From a virus (Duplodnaviria; Heunggongvirae; Uroviricota; Caudoviricetes): 64,000 bases of DNA. How positions within the stretch are numbered: the first letter of the stretch is position 1; each line of letters begins with the position of its first letter. The stretch lies in the IMG/VR virus record IMGVR_UViG_3300042398_001452; one strand, written 5' to 3'. Shown here piece after piece: positions 28,258-37,870 of the stretch. The translations under genes and the position numbers were made by a program. The notes under the pieces are model-generated. The model did no database searches. It saw only the letters and a list, made by a program, of their open reading frames with translations, and was not told the DNA's origin.

Positions 28258-28899
28258 ATGAGCTTAAAAAATTATAAGGATTTTAAAACTATACAGGAAG
28301 TTAGAAGAGCTAAGAAATGTCCAATTCTAGACTTTACCCCACTTGTTCAATCTGAAGTATACCAGGATATGGTTGGTATGGGATTTCTAGAAGTTGTAAA
28401 AGATACACACAGCGATGAGATCATAACTAGAAGAATGGAAATGGAGAGATCTTTTAAAGATAGATTGGGTAATATAGGATTCTATCATCCAGCTTTTAAA
28501 GGAGCAAGACTTACAAGAAGAGCAACAAGAACTCAGAGAGAAGGATATCCATATTTTAATATTAAGTTTGATGGGGGATTTAGAGTTTGTGAAGGACCTC
28601 AAAATACTGCAGAATTTCCAGGTTTAAATCAAGATCTTAGAGAAAAATGTATGACTATAGAAGATTACATCTATAAGCTATCATTCCTAGTTAAGTACAC
28701 TATAAAATATCAAGGATTTCCTATGACTTCAGAGGAATTATATAGCAAAGAGCCATATAAAGATATGATCCTAAGAAAAATAGAAGAGAAACCATCAGTA
28801 ATGAAAGGAATTAGTGTTCCTCCAAGCTTAAATAATACTGCAGCTGGTAGAACAACCTCTATTTTACAGAGATTTAATTTTGGTAAAGGAAATTTATAA
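28258..28899 (+). CDS. Hypothetical protein with capsid-targeting-like N-terminus and ILQRF C-terminal motif
   Basis: MSLKNYKDFKTIQE ... TSILQRFNF; GATATATA 28231. Confidence 0.6.
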   Translation: MSLKNYKDFKTIQEVRRAKKCPILDFTPLVQSEVYQDMVGMGFLEVVKDTHSDEIITRRMEMERSFKDRLGNIGFYHPAFKGARLTRRATRTQREGYPYFNIKFDGGFRVCEGPQNTAEFPGLNQDLREKCMTIEDYIYKLSFLVKYTIKYQGFPMTSEELYSKEPYKDMILRKIEEKPSVMKGISVPPSLNNTAAGRTTSILQRFNFGKGNL

Positions 28900-28908
28900 A
28901 TTTTAGTT

Positions 28909-29514
28909 TTGGAAATATTACAGATTATACTTACTGGAATTTTCTCGGTCGTAGTTGCTTTTGGTACAGTTTGGTTAAAACACTTTTTAGATAACAAGAA
29001 AAAAGCAAACGACGAAGAAAATTACGAAAGAATATCTCAGCAAGATATAGATTCAATGTTGGAGGTTCAAGAATTCTTAAATGAATTTAGAGAAAAATGG
29101 TCTGTAGATAGGGTAGGAATATTTCAATTCCATAATGGAGGTAAATTCTTCCATGGAATACCAATGAAAAAATACTCTCAGACCTTCGAATCAGTTTCCC
29201 ACGGAGTTTCTAAATCTAAAGAACACAATCAAAGTGTTTTTGTAACAGAGCATCCATCCTTAATGAAACACCTAAGTGAAAAAGAATTCTTCTATGTGGA
29301 TGCTGAAGATCCTGTTCTGGATTATCTAAGAGGTAGAGTAACTGAAGATGGGATATTACAGATATTATCATCTCCAATAAGAAGTCTATCAGGCCAGCTA
29401 ATTGGATTCATTCAACTTCATACAGTTAAGCACAAGATAGAAATAACGGATGTTATCATAGAAGAAATAATAGAGCTAGCTAATAATCTTTCTGGTTATC
29501 TAATAAAAAGATAA
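28909..29514 (+). CDS. N-terminal TM plus GAF-like domain protein (possible T4 T-like holin)
   Basis: TM aa 3-23; RVGIFQFHNGG...SSPIRSLSGQLIGFIQL GAF pattern. Confidence 0.55.
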   Translation: MEILQIILTGIFSVVVAFGTVWLKHFLDNKKKANDEENYERISQQDIDSMLEVQEFLNEFREKWSVDRVGIFQFHNGGKFFHGIPMKKYSQTFESVSHGVSKSKEHNQSVFVTEHPSLMKHLSEKEFFYVDAEDPVLDYLRGRVTEDGILQILSSPIRSLSGQLIGFIQLHTVKHKIEITDVIIEEIIELANNLSGYLIKR

Positions 29515-29515
29515 T

Positions 29516-29962
29516 ATGGCTAAGTACGAAGTAAATTTTTTCACTGCAGATGATGGTTACTTAGTTTTTACCCTTAACATAGACGGAGGGACTAGAACTA
29601 CTCTTCTCAACAACATTCTTTTACAGGAATGGGAGCAATCTGGATCTTTCAATGTAGATGGTGAAGACTGGGAAGATATTGTATGGAATTTTTTACAGTA
29701 TATTTTTAAAGATCCTCCATATCCATATGGAGATGATGGCAAATTATCGTATGAATATAAAAAATTCTTGTATAATTTAGAGATGCTTGCTGAATATAAT
29801 CTCAGTATAAGAGGTGTTCTAGAAGAATCTAGTTCTGAAATACAAGAGGAGGAGATTTTAAATATTTTTTGTGAATCAATAGTGGAAAATTTTGATTATG
29901 TTCAATCAACATTTAATCCTGACGAAACCCAAGAATTTACTTTTGATATAGAAAAGGTCTAA
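29516..29962 (+). CDS. Acidic hypothetical protein
   Basis: Tight operon; N-term similar to the next gene (MAKYEVNF / MKYKVGF). Confidence 0.55.
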   Translation: MAKYEVNFFTADDGYLVFTLNIDGGTRTTLLNNILLQEWEQSGSFNVDGEDWEDIVWNFLQYIFKDPPYPYGDDGKLSYEYKKFLYNLEMLAEYNLSIRGVLEESSSEIQEEEILNIFCESIVENFDYVQSTFNPDETQEFTFDIEKV

Positions 29963-29972
29963 TAATGATATT

Positions 29973-30401
29973 ATGAAATATAAAGTTGGATTTCATCACG
30001 GGAATTGGGGAGAAAGATGGTACACATTGGAAATAGAGGGAGAAAATGTATCATCCTTATTGTACAAATTCTTAAATAAAGATTTTGATACAAATTTAAA
30101 TCCTGATTATCTTAGTGAAGAAAATATTGTGGAATCTTTTAATTATCTTTTTGGAAATACAATTGTTAACAATTTAGATTATGTTACAATAGGAGATAAT
30201 AAATATAAGGTAGACGATAACTACGAATCTCTTTTTATGGATTTTCTAACTAGATGCGAATTAAAATTAGATCTAAGACCGTATAATATTAAAAGCTCGG
30301 AGCTTGTATTAGAGGGAATATGCGACGGACTTTGTGAGATTGCTCTATTTGATATAACCGGGGGATTTGGACTTCATACCAGAGTAGATATTATAGATTA
30401 A
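29973..30401 (+). CDS. Acidic hypothetical protein
   Basis: 142-aa ORF in operon. Confidence 0.55.
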   Translation: MKYKVGFHHGNWGERWYTLEIEGENVSSLLYKFLNKDFDTNLNPDYLSEENIVESFNYLFGNTIVNNLDYVTIGDNKYKVDDNYESLFMDFLTRCELKLDLRPYNIKSSELVLEGICDGLCEIALFDITGGFGLHTRVDIID

Positions 30402-30640
30402 AAAGGTAAATCCATAGCCATTAGAAATATATGCTCTTTGTTGACATTGTATTTTTGCATCTTCTCTAACATTTCATCTTTAGTTAACTTACTGAAAAAA
30501 TAGGATTTATCCTCTAATATACATTCCGAATCCTCGTCTCCTAAGGTGTTGTCCCATAATTCATAAAAATACCCTAGGACATTATCAAACCCATATACGA
30601 ATTCTCTATCTCTTTCTAATTCTACAACGTATCTACTCAT
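30398..30640 (-). CDS. Hypothetical protein
   Basis: 80-aa ORF, last gene of a minus-strand operon. Confidence 0.55.
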   Translation of the reverse strand: MSRYVVELERDREFVYGFDNVLGYFYELWDNTLGDEDSECILEDKSYFFSKLTKDEMLEKMQKYNVNKEHIFLMAMDLPF

Positions 30641-30840
30641 TATCTTTCATTTAAAAATTGGTCAATATCATTACCATCAAGGTCAAAATAGATGCTAGGC
30701 GATTTATCTATTTTTAATTTGATTGATCTTGGATTTAAATCCTCAGCTTCTTTATAAATCTGTACTCTTCTTCTTTGAAGCTCCTGTATTTGCTGGCAGA
30801 TCCCTGTCCATTCTTTATTCAGTTCTTCTAATCTATCCAT
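30640..30840 (-). CDS. Small coiled-coil hypothetical protein
   Basis: Stop/start overlap with neighbour. Confidence 0.55.
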   Translation of the reverse strand: MDRLEELNKEWTGICQQIQELQRRRVQIYKEAEDLNPRSIKLKIDKSPSIYFDLDGNDIDQFLNER

Positions 30841-30842
30841 TA

Positions 30843-31202
30843 TTAAATTAATTGTTTTTGTTTCTTTTTAAGCTCGCTATTGAGATATTTTACTAAGACT
30901 TGACCATGACAAAGGAAATTCTTTTCAGATCCATCTGAAGGCTTATTACAACACCAGCATCCTAGTACTTTACCTCTTAGCTCTTCGATTTCTTTTATTA
31001 GTCCACTTTCTTTTAAATAATTATCGTATTCCTCTATTGCTTCTTTTCTTGAATCTACCTTAAACTTAGCTTGTGTTTTTTCTAAATCCTTATGTGTGTA
31101 TGGATTAGACCATTTACTAGGTCTACCTATATAAACGTCGTGTGAATATTTTTTAAAATGAACCACGTACGTTACTCCTTCGATTCTTTCGAAATCTTCC
31201 AT
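30843..31202 (-). CDS. DUF4326-like protein
   Basis: DVYIGRPSKWSNPY, ELRGKVLGCWC, CHGQVL; class I promoter at 31243-31207(-). Confidence 0.75.
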   Translation of the reverse strand: MEDFERIEGVTYVVHFKKYSHDVYIGRPSKWSNPYTHKDLEKTQAKFKVDSRKEAIEEYDNYLKESGLIKEIEELRGKVLGCWCCNKPSDGSEKNFLCHGQVLVKYLNSELKKKQKQLI

Positions 31203-31242
31203 GTTGTAAATTTAGAGAAAGAGCACGAATAAAAAAAATGAT

Positions 31243-32532
31243 TTATCTTATAATTTTTCTAGAGGTTCCATCTTCATATATTTCAAATACCAATCCTTTG
31301 TACTCTAGATTTACTTCCTGGCCTAAAGAATTTATATACCTTACAACTTTTTTTGATGTCGAGTTTTTAAAAGCCGATATAGGCCCAAAAATTTCACATT
31401 GCCCATCAAAGTCATATTGTACTAATCTGTAATAAGTTAGCTCTTTAGAAGTGTAATCTATATAGGAGTATTTAGTATCTGTGTTGCTATTCCCTGCTGC
31501 ATTTTTTGATGCTATTAATTTCCACTCATATCCATCCGTACTTGACTCTAAATCAAACCTCATAGAATTATGTTCTGATGCAGTTGTCCATTTTAAAACA
31601 TTCCATTGTGGATAAGGAAATCCTTCAAAATAGTAAAGCTCAACCGGGAGGGGTGTTATTATTGAAGCCTCTATAAAGAATCCTCCCCAAGCCCCTACGT
31701 TTGATATATCGGTTGTCCATCTTATTGTGATTTCCCCGTTTGTGCTAGATGATATTATATCTGATGGAATTACTGTTCCTGTTATAGTTGCAATAAGTGG
31801 TGAAGCTGTACTTGGACCGTTATAAATGTAAAGATAATCATAGTCTATTTCTAAATCCATCTGGGTAAACATTAAATTCACTTTTTTGGTGTTATCTGAT
31901 GGTGTTATTGTAATAGTCCGATCTATGTTATTTGAATATCCTGCTGCTATAGGTCCAGCAGGTCCTCCGTTATCTGTTATATTATATAAATCACCACTGC
32001 TTAATGAATTTGAGCAAGATGAAAGAAAAGGGATTAGCGTATTATCTACTGATGAAGTTGAAGTAAGAGAAAGGTCGTCGACATATCTTTCTTGTGCTCC
32101 TGATGCTCTTGCATCTATTAATCTTATAAAAACGTTGGTTAATCCGAGTGCACCTATATTTAATGTGTATTGTTGATACGTTGTAGTTGGACCAGTTACA
32201 GAGCCTCTTGTAGTCCATGTAGTTCCGTTTGGCGATGTCTGTACATTTAAAGTCCATGCAGTGGTATTAGTGCTCCTTCTGTACCAGAAAGACAGGATTC
32301 CTGGATTGGTTACTAAGGGTAATCTTATCCAATCACCAACACCATTAAATGTTAAATTTGTTGTTCCTGTTCTAACTGGGGTTGTACCAGCAACCATAGA
32401 ATTTGCAGTCCAAGTTCCCTTTTGAGTTGGCAGAGTTGTGGAAAAACTCTCGTATATGTAATAAGATGCACATTGTGAGATAAGAGTGATCTTAAATAGA
32501 GACAGGAATAGGATTGTTAATATAGCTTTCAT
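31243..32532 (-). CDS. Secreted CUB-domain protein with Bacteroidetes LPVEL module and T9SS-like C-terminal tail
   Basis: Signal peptide; DNGG..GYSNN..TIT..DLEIDYDYLYIYNG (CUB); PLPVELYYF..W.TASEHN..F; YINSLGQEV...YEDGTSRKI. Confidence 0.7.
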   Translation of the reverse strand: MKAILTILFLSLFKITLISQCASYYIYESFSTTLPTQKGTWTANSMVAGTTPVRTGTTNLTFNGVGDWIRLPLVTNPGILSFWYRRSTNTTAWTLNVQTSPNGTTWTTRGSVTGPTTTYQQYTLNIGALGLTNVFIRLIDARASGAQERYVDDLSLTSTSSVDNTLIPFLSSCSNSLSSGDLYNITDNGGPAGPIAAGYSNNIDRTITITPSDNTKKVNLMFTQMDLEIDYDYLYIYNGPSTASPLIATITGTVIPSDIISSSTNGEITIRWTTDISNVGAWGGFFIEASIITPLPVELYYFEGFPYPQWNVLKWTTASEHNSMRFDLESSTDGYEWKLIASKNAAGNSNTDTKYSYIDYTSKELTYYRLVQYDFDGQCEIFGPISAFKNSTSKKVVRYINSLGQEVNLEYKGLVFEIYEDGTSRKIIR

Positions 32533-32609
32533 GGTTTTCGTTACATAACTATATATTAAGAAATCTCTTATTATTGGAGATTAAATTATCAAATTAATGT
32601 TATAGATTA

Positions 32610-33014
32610 TCAAACGGACCTAACTAGCCTAGCTCGTATTCTTTCAGTCTTAGGAATTCCTCCTCTTCTCTTGGATCCAAAGTAATATACCCATGCGCTA
32701 GTTTCGGATGATAAACCATAATAGCCTGTATCAGTTATATCGGATTCTAGACCTTTTGAAGACCAATAAGCTTCTTTTGTATCAAAATTAAGTAATTTCA
32801 GATCATTGTATTGCTGTAAGAAAAATAGCTCTTCCATAGTTGGTATTCTCCAACCGTTACCCATTTCTTCAGCTATTTGTTCGGCTTCGTCAAATGTTAA
32901 TTTGCTCCATTGCCTATACTCGATAGGTACATTAGGATTTTTATTTCTCTCTATAATAACATCCTTAGAAAGAATTTCTATTTTTCCTAGATTATAATAT
33001 TCCTTTGCTATCAT
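32610..33014 (-). CDS. DUF1566/C-type-lectin-like small protein
   Basis: LTFDEA...GWRIPTMEEL...YWSS...AWVYYF. Confidence 0.6.
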   Translation of the reverse strand: MIAKEYYNLGKIEILSKDVIIERNKNPNVPIEYRQWSKLTFDEAEQIAEEMGNGWRIPTMEELFFLQQYNDLKLLNFDTKEAYWSSKGLESDITDTGYYGLSSETSAWVYYFGSKRRGGIPKTERIRARLVRSV

Positions 33015-33700
33015 TTAAATCTTCCTAATATGTTGTGGCCTTTACCCAAACTAATCATATTTTTCATTTCTTCAGGAGATAAAATTTTGGACAATAATAT
33101 ATCTATTCCTTCTATACTACTATTAAGATCTGCGTAATCTTTACCAGCCTTCATCTTATTACCGCTTCTAAATTCTTTAACTATTAACTCATCTAAAACA
33201 GCAGTCAATGCTTGATCTTTACCAGATTCCCCGAATTTTTTATTAGAAGCTATTTCATTAATTTTACCGAATGAAACAGCTGAAATAATATCATCATCCT
33301 CTGCTAATTTTTTTAGAAAATTACTAGAAATAAATCCATTAATCCATGGATTTTTTTCATCCTCGTAAGCCCATGTAGCTGACGGTAAATCTTGATATGT
33401 ATACATAATCTCATCCATGTTCTCACTGTGAACATTTTCTATAAAATTTCTAATTTCTTCATCGCTTACATTTTCTGTATAAGTAATTATATATAAATTT
33501 TCATAATAGCTATTATATGAAAATCTCATAAAAGCGTCCTCCTCACCTGCTTCCCAGTCTCCCATTGTAAGTGCTGTATAACCCGCATGTGTATATAAAT
33601 CTATAAGCTCGTAAATGCTACTTATGTGGACAGAATCATGAACTACCTCTGGGTATGCGTAATGATCGTCAGGTATAAAAGTAAAAGTCTTTATTTTCAT
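33011..33700 (-). CDS. Acidic hypothetical protein (paralog of 34701-35480)
   Basis: PDDHYAYPE N-term and ILGRFK C-term shared. Confidence 0.6.
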   Translation of the reverse strand: MKIKTFTFIPDDHYAYPEVVHDSVHISSIYELIDLYTHAGYTALTMGDWEAGEEDAFMRFSYNSYYENLYIITYTENVSDEEIRNFIENVHSENMDEIMYTYQDLPSATWAYEDEKNPWINGFISSNFLKKLAEDDDIISAVSFGKINEIASNKKFGESGKDQALTAVLDELIVKEFRSGNKMKAGKDYADLNSSIEGIDILLSKILSPEEMKNMISLGKGHNILGRFK

Positions 33701-33703
33701 ATT

Positions 33704-34129
33704 TTATTTTATCATTGATAGAGCATCCGATACATTTTTACCCATTGGTTTTCCATTAAGAATAAATGATCCCTCTTTTTTTACTATTTTGTATTGGCCA
33801 TACTTTGATTTTAAATTAACTTCTCCGCAAAGATCTCCTCCAGCAGTAAAAAATTCTCTTATCGAATCATTTATTCCTCTACCGCTTTCGTCACCAAAGA
33901 AATTGTCATACCCTTTCTTGTTAGATTCGAATATAAAAGGTATACCTATAGATTTTGCAGTATCCCTTATTTCTCTTATCTCGTCCCCAGTAAACCAATT
34001 AACGCTACCCCCGGATCTTTTTAATGATACCATATTCTTGATATTCGTATTCTTGATATTTGGATTATAGCTAGTGGTGTACTCGTATATTTTATTGGAG
34101 AACTCCTCGAAAAGTTTTATGTATCTCAT
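33704..34129 (-). CDS. Hypothetical protein with capsid-targeting-like N-terminus
   Basis: MRYIKLFEEFSNKIYE; GATATATA 34159-34152(-). Confidence 0.6.
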   Translation of the reverse strand: MRYIKLFEEFSNKIYEYTTSYNPNIKNTNIKNMVSLKRSGGSVNWFTGDEIREIRDTAKSIGIPFIFESNKKGYDNFFGDESGRGINDSIREFFTAGGDLCGEVNLKSKYGQYKIVKKEGSFILNGKPMGKNVSDALSMIK

Positions 34130-34162
34130 TTTCTTTCTTAATTTTACTAAATATATATCTAA

Positions 34163-34711
34163 ATGATACTAGGAAGAAATATTAATTATAAATATTTAGG
34201 TAAATTAGACGTCAGTAATATATCTAATAAAATAGATCACAATAATCTAGACTGGGAAGATTATAAATTCAGGCAAGAAAGATATAAAGATCATTCAGAA
34301 ACAAGAACTATTCCTATTATATGGTGTGAAAAATTTAAGGAATTTAAAACTTGGGAACCATACTATTCAATTTTCAAGGAAGACATAGAAATTATAGAAA
34401 AATACATAAGAGAAAATCTATGTGATACTGGAGGGATGATGAGCGCTATATTAATAAATTTACCTTCCGGTAAATCTATAGGAAGACATAGGGATTCAAA
34501 TCCAATAGGGAATCGATTTAACATGTGTCATAGAATACACATCCCTATAAAAACAAATGATGAATGTTTTTTTGAGATTGATGGTGAATTAAAAACCATG
34601 AAAGAGGGAGAAATATGGGAGATAAACAATGTTAGAAAACTACACAGTGTTTATAACAACGGAAAAACAGATAGAGTACACCTACTTATTGATTGGGATC
34701 CTATTTTTTAA
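34163..34711 (+). CDS. 2OG-Fe(II) oxygenase, aspartyl/asparaginyl beta-hydroxylase-like
   Basis: IGRHRD (HxD), RIHIPI.TN, EGEIWEINN..LHSVYN...RVHLLID. Confidence 0.82.
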   Translation: MILGRNINYKYLGKLDVSNISNKIDHNNLDWEDYKFRQERYKDHSETRTIPIIWCEKFKEFKTWEPYYSIFKEDIEIIEKYIRENLCDTGGMMSAILINLPSGKSIGRHRDSNPIGNRFNMCHRIHIPIKTNDECFFEIDGELKTMKEGEIWEINNVRKLHSVYNNGKTDRVHLLIDWDPIF

Positions 34712-35480
34712 ATCTCCCTAGAATGCTATGTGATTTGTGTGAAGATGTCAATGAGGAGTATTGCTCTGGTGTTATCTGAGATTTAATATAATCATCTAGT
34801 CCTTCTAGTCCTTCTAATGTTGATGACATTATTTTACCAGCATTTGAAATATCGCCATCGTTGATTTTATTAATTATAATATCTGATACTAATTTTATTA
34901 GCTCTTCATTAGATGATAATTCACCTGAACTAATTCCCCCTAGCTCTGTGATCTCTCCATCTTTAGCAATAATAGAGCTTCCTCCTGAGTTTAATGGTGC
35001 AGAGAAAATAAAATTGATCCCATCCTTTTTAGATAAATCTTCCATCATATCCTCCATTATGGTGGTTGATCCTGTCATGTTCCAACTAACTACATCATTT
35101 ATTATTGTTACTAAGTTTGATTCCTCGTCGCTAGAATCTCCAAAATAAAAGCTATCATCATAAGCTATCATAAATGATCTCTCATAAACATCATAATTTC
35201 CATAATCATAAAAAAGTTCTGTCTTTGCATTACCTTCAGCATTTTGCATCCATTCATCATCAGCATCTTCAAATTCCTCTTCGGTTTCAAAATCCTCCTC
35301 CTGTGGTCTATCGCTTTCATCTAATTCAAGATCTATAGCCGAATAACTAGCACCAACAAAGCCGTCAAGACATTCATCTGAATCTGGTATATTCAGATCT
35401 TTAGATGTTTCTGAAAAATCACTAATTTCTGGATAGGCATAATGATCATCTGGACCAAAGCTAAAAAATTTTACTGGCAT
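34701..35480 (-). CDS. Acidic hypothetical protein (paralog of 33011-33700)
   Basis: PDDHYAYPEI; C-term HSILGRFKK. Confidence 0.6.
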   Translation of the reverse strand: MPVKFFSFGPDDHYAYPEISDFSETSKDLNIPDSDECLDGFVGASYSAIDLELDESDRPQEEDFETEEEFEDADDEWMQNAEGNAKTELFYDYGNYDVYERSFMIAYDDSFYFGDSSDEESNLVTIINDVVSWNMTGSTTIMEDMMEDLSKKDGINFIFSAPLNSGGSSIIAKDGEITELGGISSGELSSNEELIKLVSDIIINKINDGDISNAGKIMSSTLEGLEGLDDYIKSQITPEQYSSLTSSHKSHSILGRFKK

Positions 35481-35512
35481 CGAATTTATATTTAATTATA
35501 TATTCATTTTTT

Positions 35513-36058
35513 CTACAATAAAAAATTTAGGGATTCAGGAAAATGCGGTATATCGTTAATAGAATTTATATCGAATATCGATCTGTTAAATCCCTCGTAT
35601 CTCTTGTCCTTAAAAAATGAAGGAACAGTAAAGCATTTACCAGTAAAAAGGAGATCGTAATTTAGATTTTTGTGAGATTTTTTATATTGGTTCCTACCCC
35701 TATTATCTATGTGTATTCTAAAATAAAGATGTATACCTCCATTTAATGATCTTTCAGCAAACATATCATCCATTTTTATTCCATTATCTTCGATAATCCG
35801 ATGGAATTGGTCTATTGATTCCCCTTCGTTTTCTATGTCTAGACACATAATAGGAGATTTACTAAGAATTACCCCTAAAAAATTGATCCCTGTGGGTATC
35901 CTTTGTGGATTTTTCTCTAATTCGTCTGTAATTTTAATTGAAAATCTGTGTAATTTTCTGATACCCATAATTTTTTCCACATTACAAATGCAAGTTTCGA
36001 TTCCAATCCTTCTCCACTCTTTTGAATACCTTAAAATTTCTGATATTTGATCCTCCAT
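35513..36058 (-). CDS. Prim-pol (bifunctional primase/polymerase N-terminal) domain protein
   Basis: LGVIL...MCLDIE, SLNGGIHLYFR, DLL..G..FTVPS. Confidence 0.65.
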   Translation of the reverse strand: MEDQISEILRYSKEWRRIGIETCICNVEKIMGIRKLHRFSIKITDELEKNPQRIPTGINFLGVILSKSPIMCLDIENEGESIDQFHRIIEDNGIKMDDMFAERSLNGGIHLYFRIHIDNRGRNQYKKSHKNLNYDLLFTGKCFTVPSFFKDKRYEGFNRSIFDINSINDIPHFPESLNFLL

Positions 36059-36165
36059 ATAACATTTTATACAGAAAATCTTATAAAAATTCCAACAAAA
36101 AAGCCCCTAAAAAGGGGCTAGCTGTAAATCGGGTCTTCTCTACCCTTGTCCTGAGACAATATCTA

Positions 36166-36876
36166 TTAATTATTTCGTGGATTTGCTAGGAAATCCTTAA
36201 CTATTTTATTTATCGATAATCTTTTTTCCAATTCCTCCTTGTCAGATTGGATATCCGATGGATCAAAAAGATTTTTTTCTATCTCTGATTTTATAGATTC
36301 TTCCTGGTCTCTTGGTAGTTCATAACGACTGAAGATCTTTTCCATTCTATCTAAAAATTCCCTACCCTCTAATGTTGCTATTAAAATACTATGAGCTAGC
36401 ACAAAGAAATCTTTGGTGTGAACCGGGAAATCTGTGTCATCTTTGGACATCTCAGATGCTGTTTTAAAAGCCTCGTCAGATTCAGGATGGTTTAGATAGA
36501 ATATAAGCTTCTGTAGCTCCTCAAATACCTCCTTGTTAAGTCCATCAAAATATTGACCGATATCATATTTGTTAACATCATACTTAGGTATTGGCGTGGT
36601 ATCACCGTCTTTCATTAAGTGTACAGGATTACTCATTACCACATTGAATATATTTTCAGTGTACCATCCCATATATTCTTTTAATGCGTTATCCGCTACA
36701 TCTTTTACCATTTCTTCGTACTGTTTTCCAGCACCTATATAAATCATAGAAGCTTTCTTAATTAATCTAGCTGCCCTTTCATTTCTTTTATCTCCCTCTT
36801 TTAAAAAATCTAAATTAAGACCAAGCATAAGTACATCAGAACCAAACATAAGTCTTACATTTCTTTTCCTTTCCAT
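36166..36876 (-). CDS. Hypothetical protein
   Basis: 236-aa ORF with class I promoter 36938-36902(-) and terminator near 36098-36120. Confidence 0.6.
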   Translation of the reverse strand: MERKRNVRLMFGSDVLMLGLNLDFLKEGDKRNERAARLIKKASMIYIGAGKQYEEMVKDVADNALKEYMGWYTENIFNVVMSNPVHLMKDGDTTPIPKYDVNKYDIGQYFDGLNKEVFEELQKLIFYLNHPESDEAFKTASEMSKDDTDFPVHTKDFFVLAHSILIATLEGREFLDRMEKIFSRYELPRDQEESIKSEIEKNLFDPSDIQSDKEELEKRLSINKIVKDFLANPRNN

Positions 36877-36943
36877 ATATTTTTTAATAATTATATTTTC
36901 TCAAATGTAGGTAATAGTAATGGATTAAAAAAATGATTCCCTA

Positions 36944-37729
36944 TTAATTATTATTAATTTGAGAGATTGTTTTATTTAAAATCCGGGACATAGATATTCC
37001 ATCTATTCCAATACCTTTTAATTCTCTAAGATTACTCATTGTGTCTTTAGCATAAGGATTATAACTTCCTATACTTTCTAATATACCATCCAGTAAATCT
37101 TCCGGTTGCATTTCCACCGTGTTCCCCCCTATGCTAAGAAATCTAATATGCACTTTATCCTCGTTTTCAAAAAGGACATTCTCACCTATTTTTTTTATGT
37201 ACTCCATGTATACGTGACCATCATTTCTAAATTCAGTGTTGTCTGGTATTTTGTAAATGTCTGGTATTACAAGGTTTCCTTTATTCCTAAAAACAACCCC
37301 ATCTGGTATGGAAACAATCTTGGTAAAATTAATGTCGTAGTTTTCCTCCAGTATCTCTATATTTTTGATATTACCTAGATTGTAATAAACGTCTTTATAC
37401 TCATCAACGTACTCCTTTATCCTATTTATTTTCTTGGAATCATTATAGAGCTTTTTGTATCTCTCATCATTATCATCCTCATCATAATAAGAGTAAGCAT
37501 CATCCTTATTAGTGTCAAAATCTGGAAGACTATCCATTTCTGTATCCTCGTCTAATTCTTTATCTGTGATTTCGTCTATTGGATTTTTCCTTAGAAATTT
37601 AGAGATGTCATCAAATAGAGTATAATCACTCTCTTCTCCGCCATCTTCCATTATGAATTTAAAATGGTAGTGATTACCTATTAGAAATTTAATAAACTCT
37701 TCCTTTTTTCTAAGATGCTTCTTTTCCAT
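36944..37729 (-). CDS. Acidic protein with degenerate 22-aa (F.N.G.V) repeats
   Basis: IPDGVVFRNKGNL..IPDNTEFRNDGHV; class I promoter 37770-37734(-). Confidence 0.6.
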   Translation of the reverse strand: MEKKHLRKKEEFIKFLIGNHYHFKFIMEDGGEESDYTLFDDISKFLRKNPIDEITDKELDEDTEMDSLPDFDTNKDDAYSYYDEDDNDERYKKLYNDSKKINRIKEYVDEYKDVYYNLGNIKNIEILEENYDINFTKIVSIPDGVVFRNKGNLVIPDIYKIPDNTEFRNDGHVYMEYIKKIGENVLFENEDKVHIRFLSIGGNTVEMQPEDLLDGILESIGSYNPYAKDTMSNLRELKGIGIDGISMSRILNKTISQINNN

Positions 37730-37870
37730 AAAGCAAAGGTAGAAAGAATAAATGAAATAAAAAAATGATTTTATCTGCCGGGTCTTTTAATAATCTTCTA
37801 GATACTATAAATTTATTTTTACGTCAGATCTTAAAATTGATTTGAATTTTCCCTTCCTATTTTATATGCC

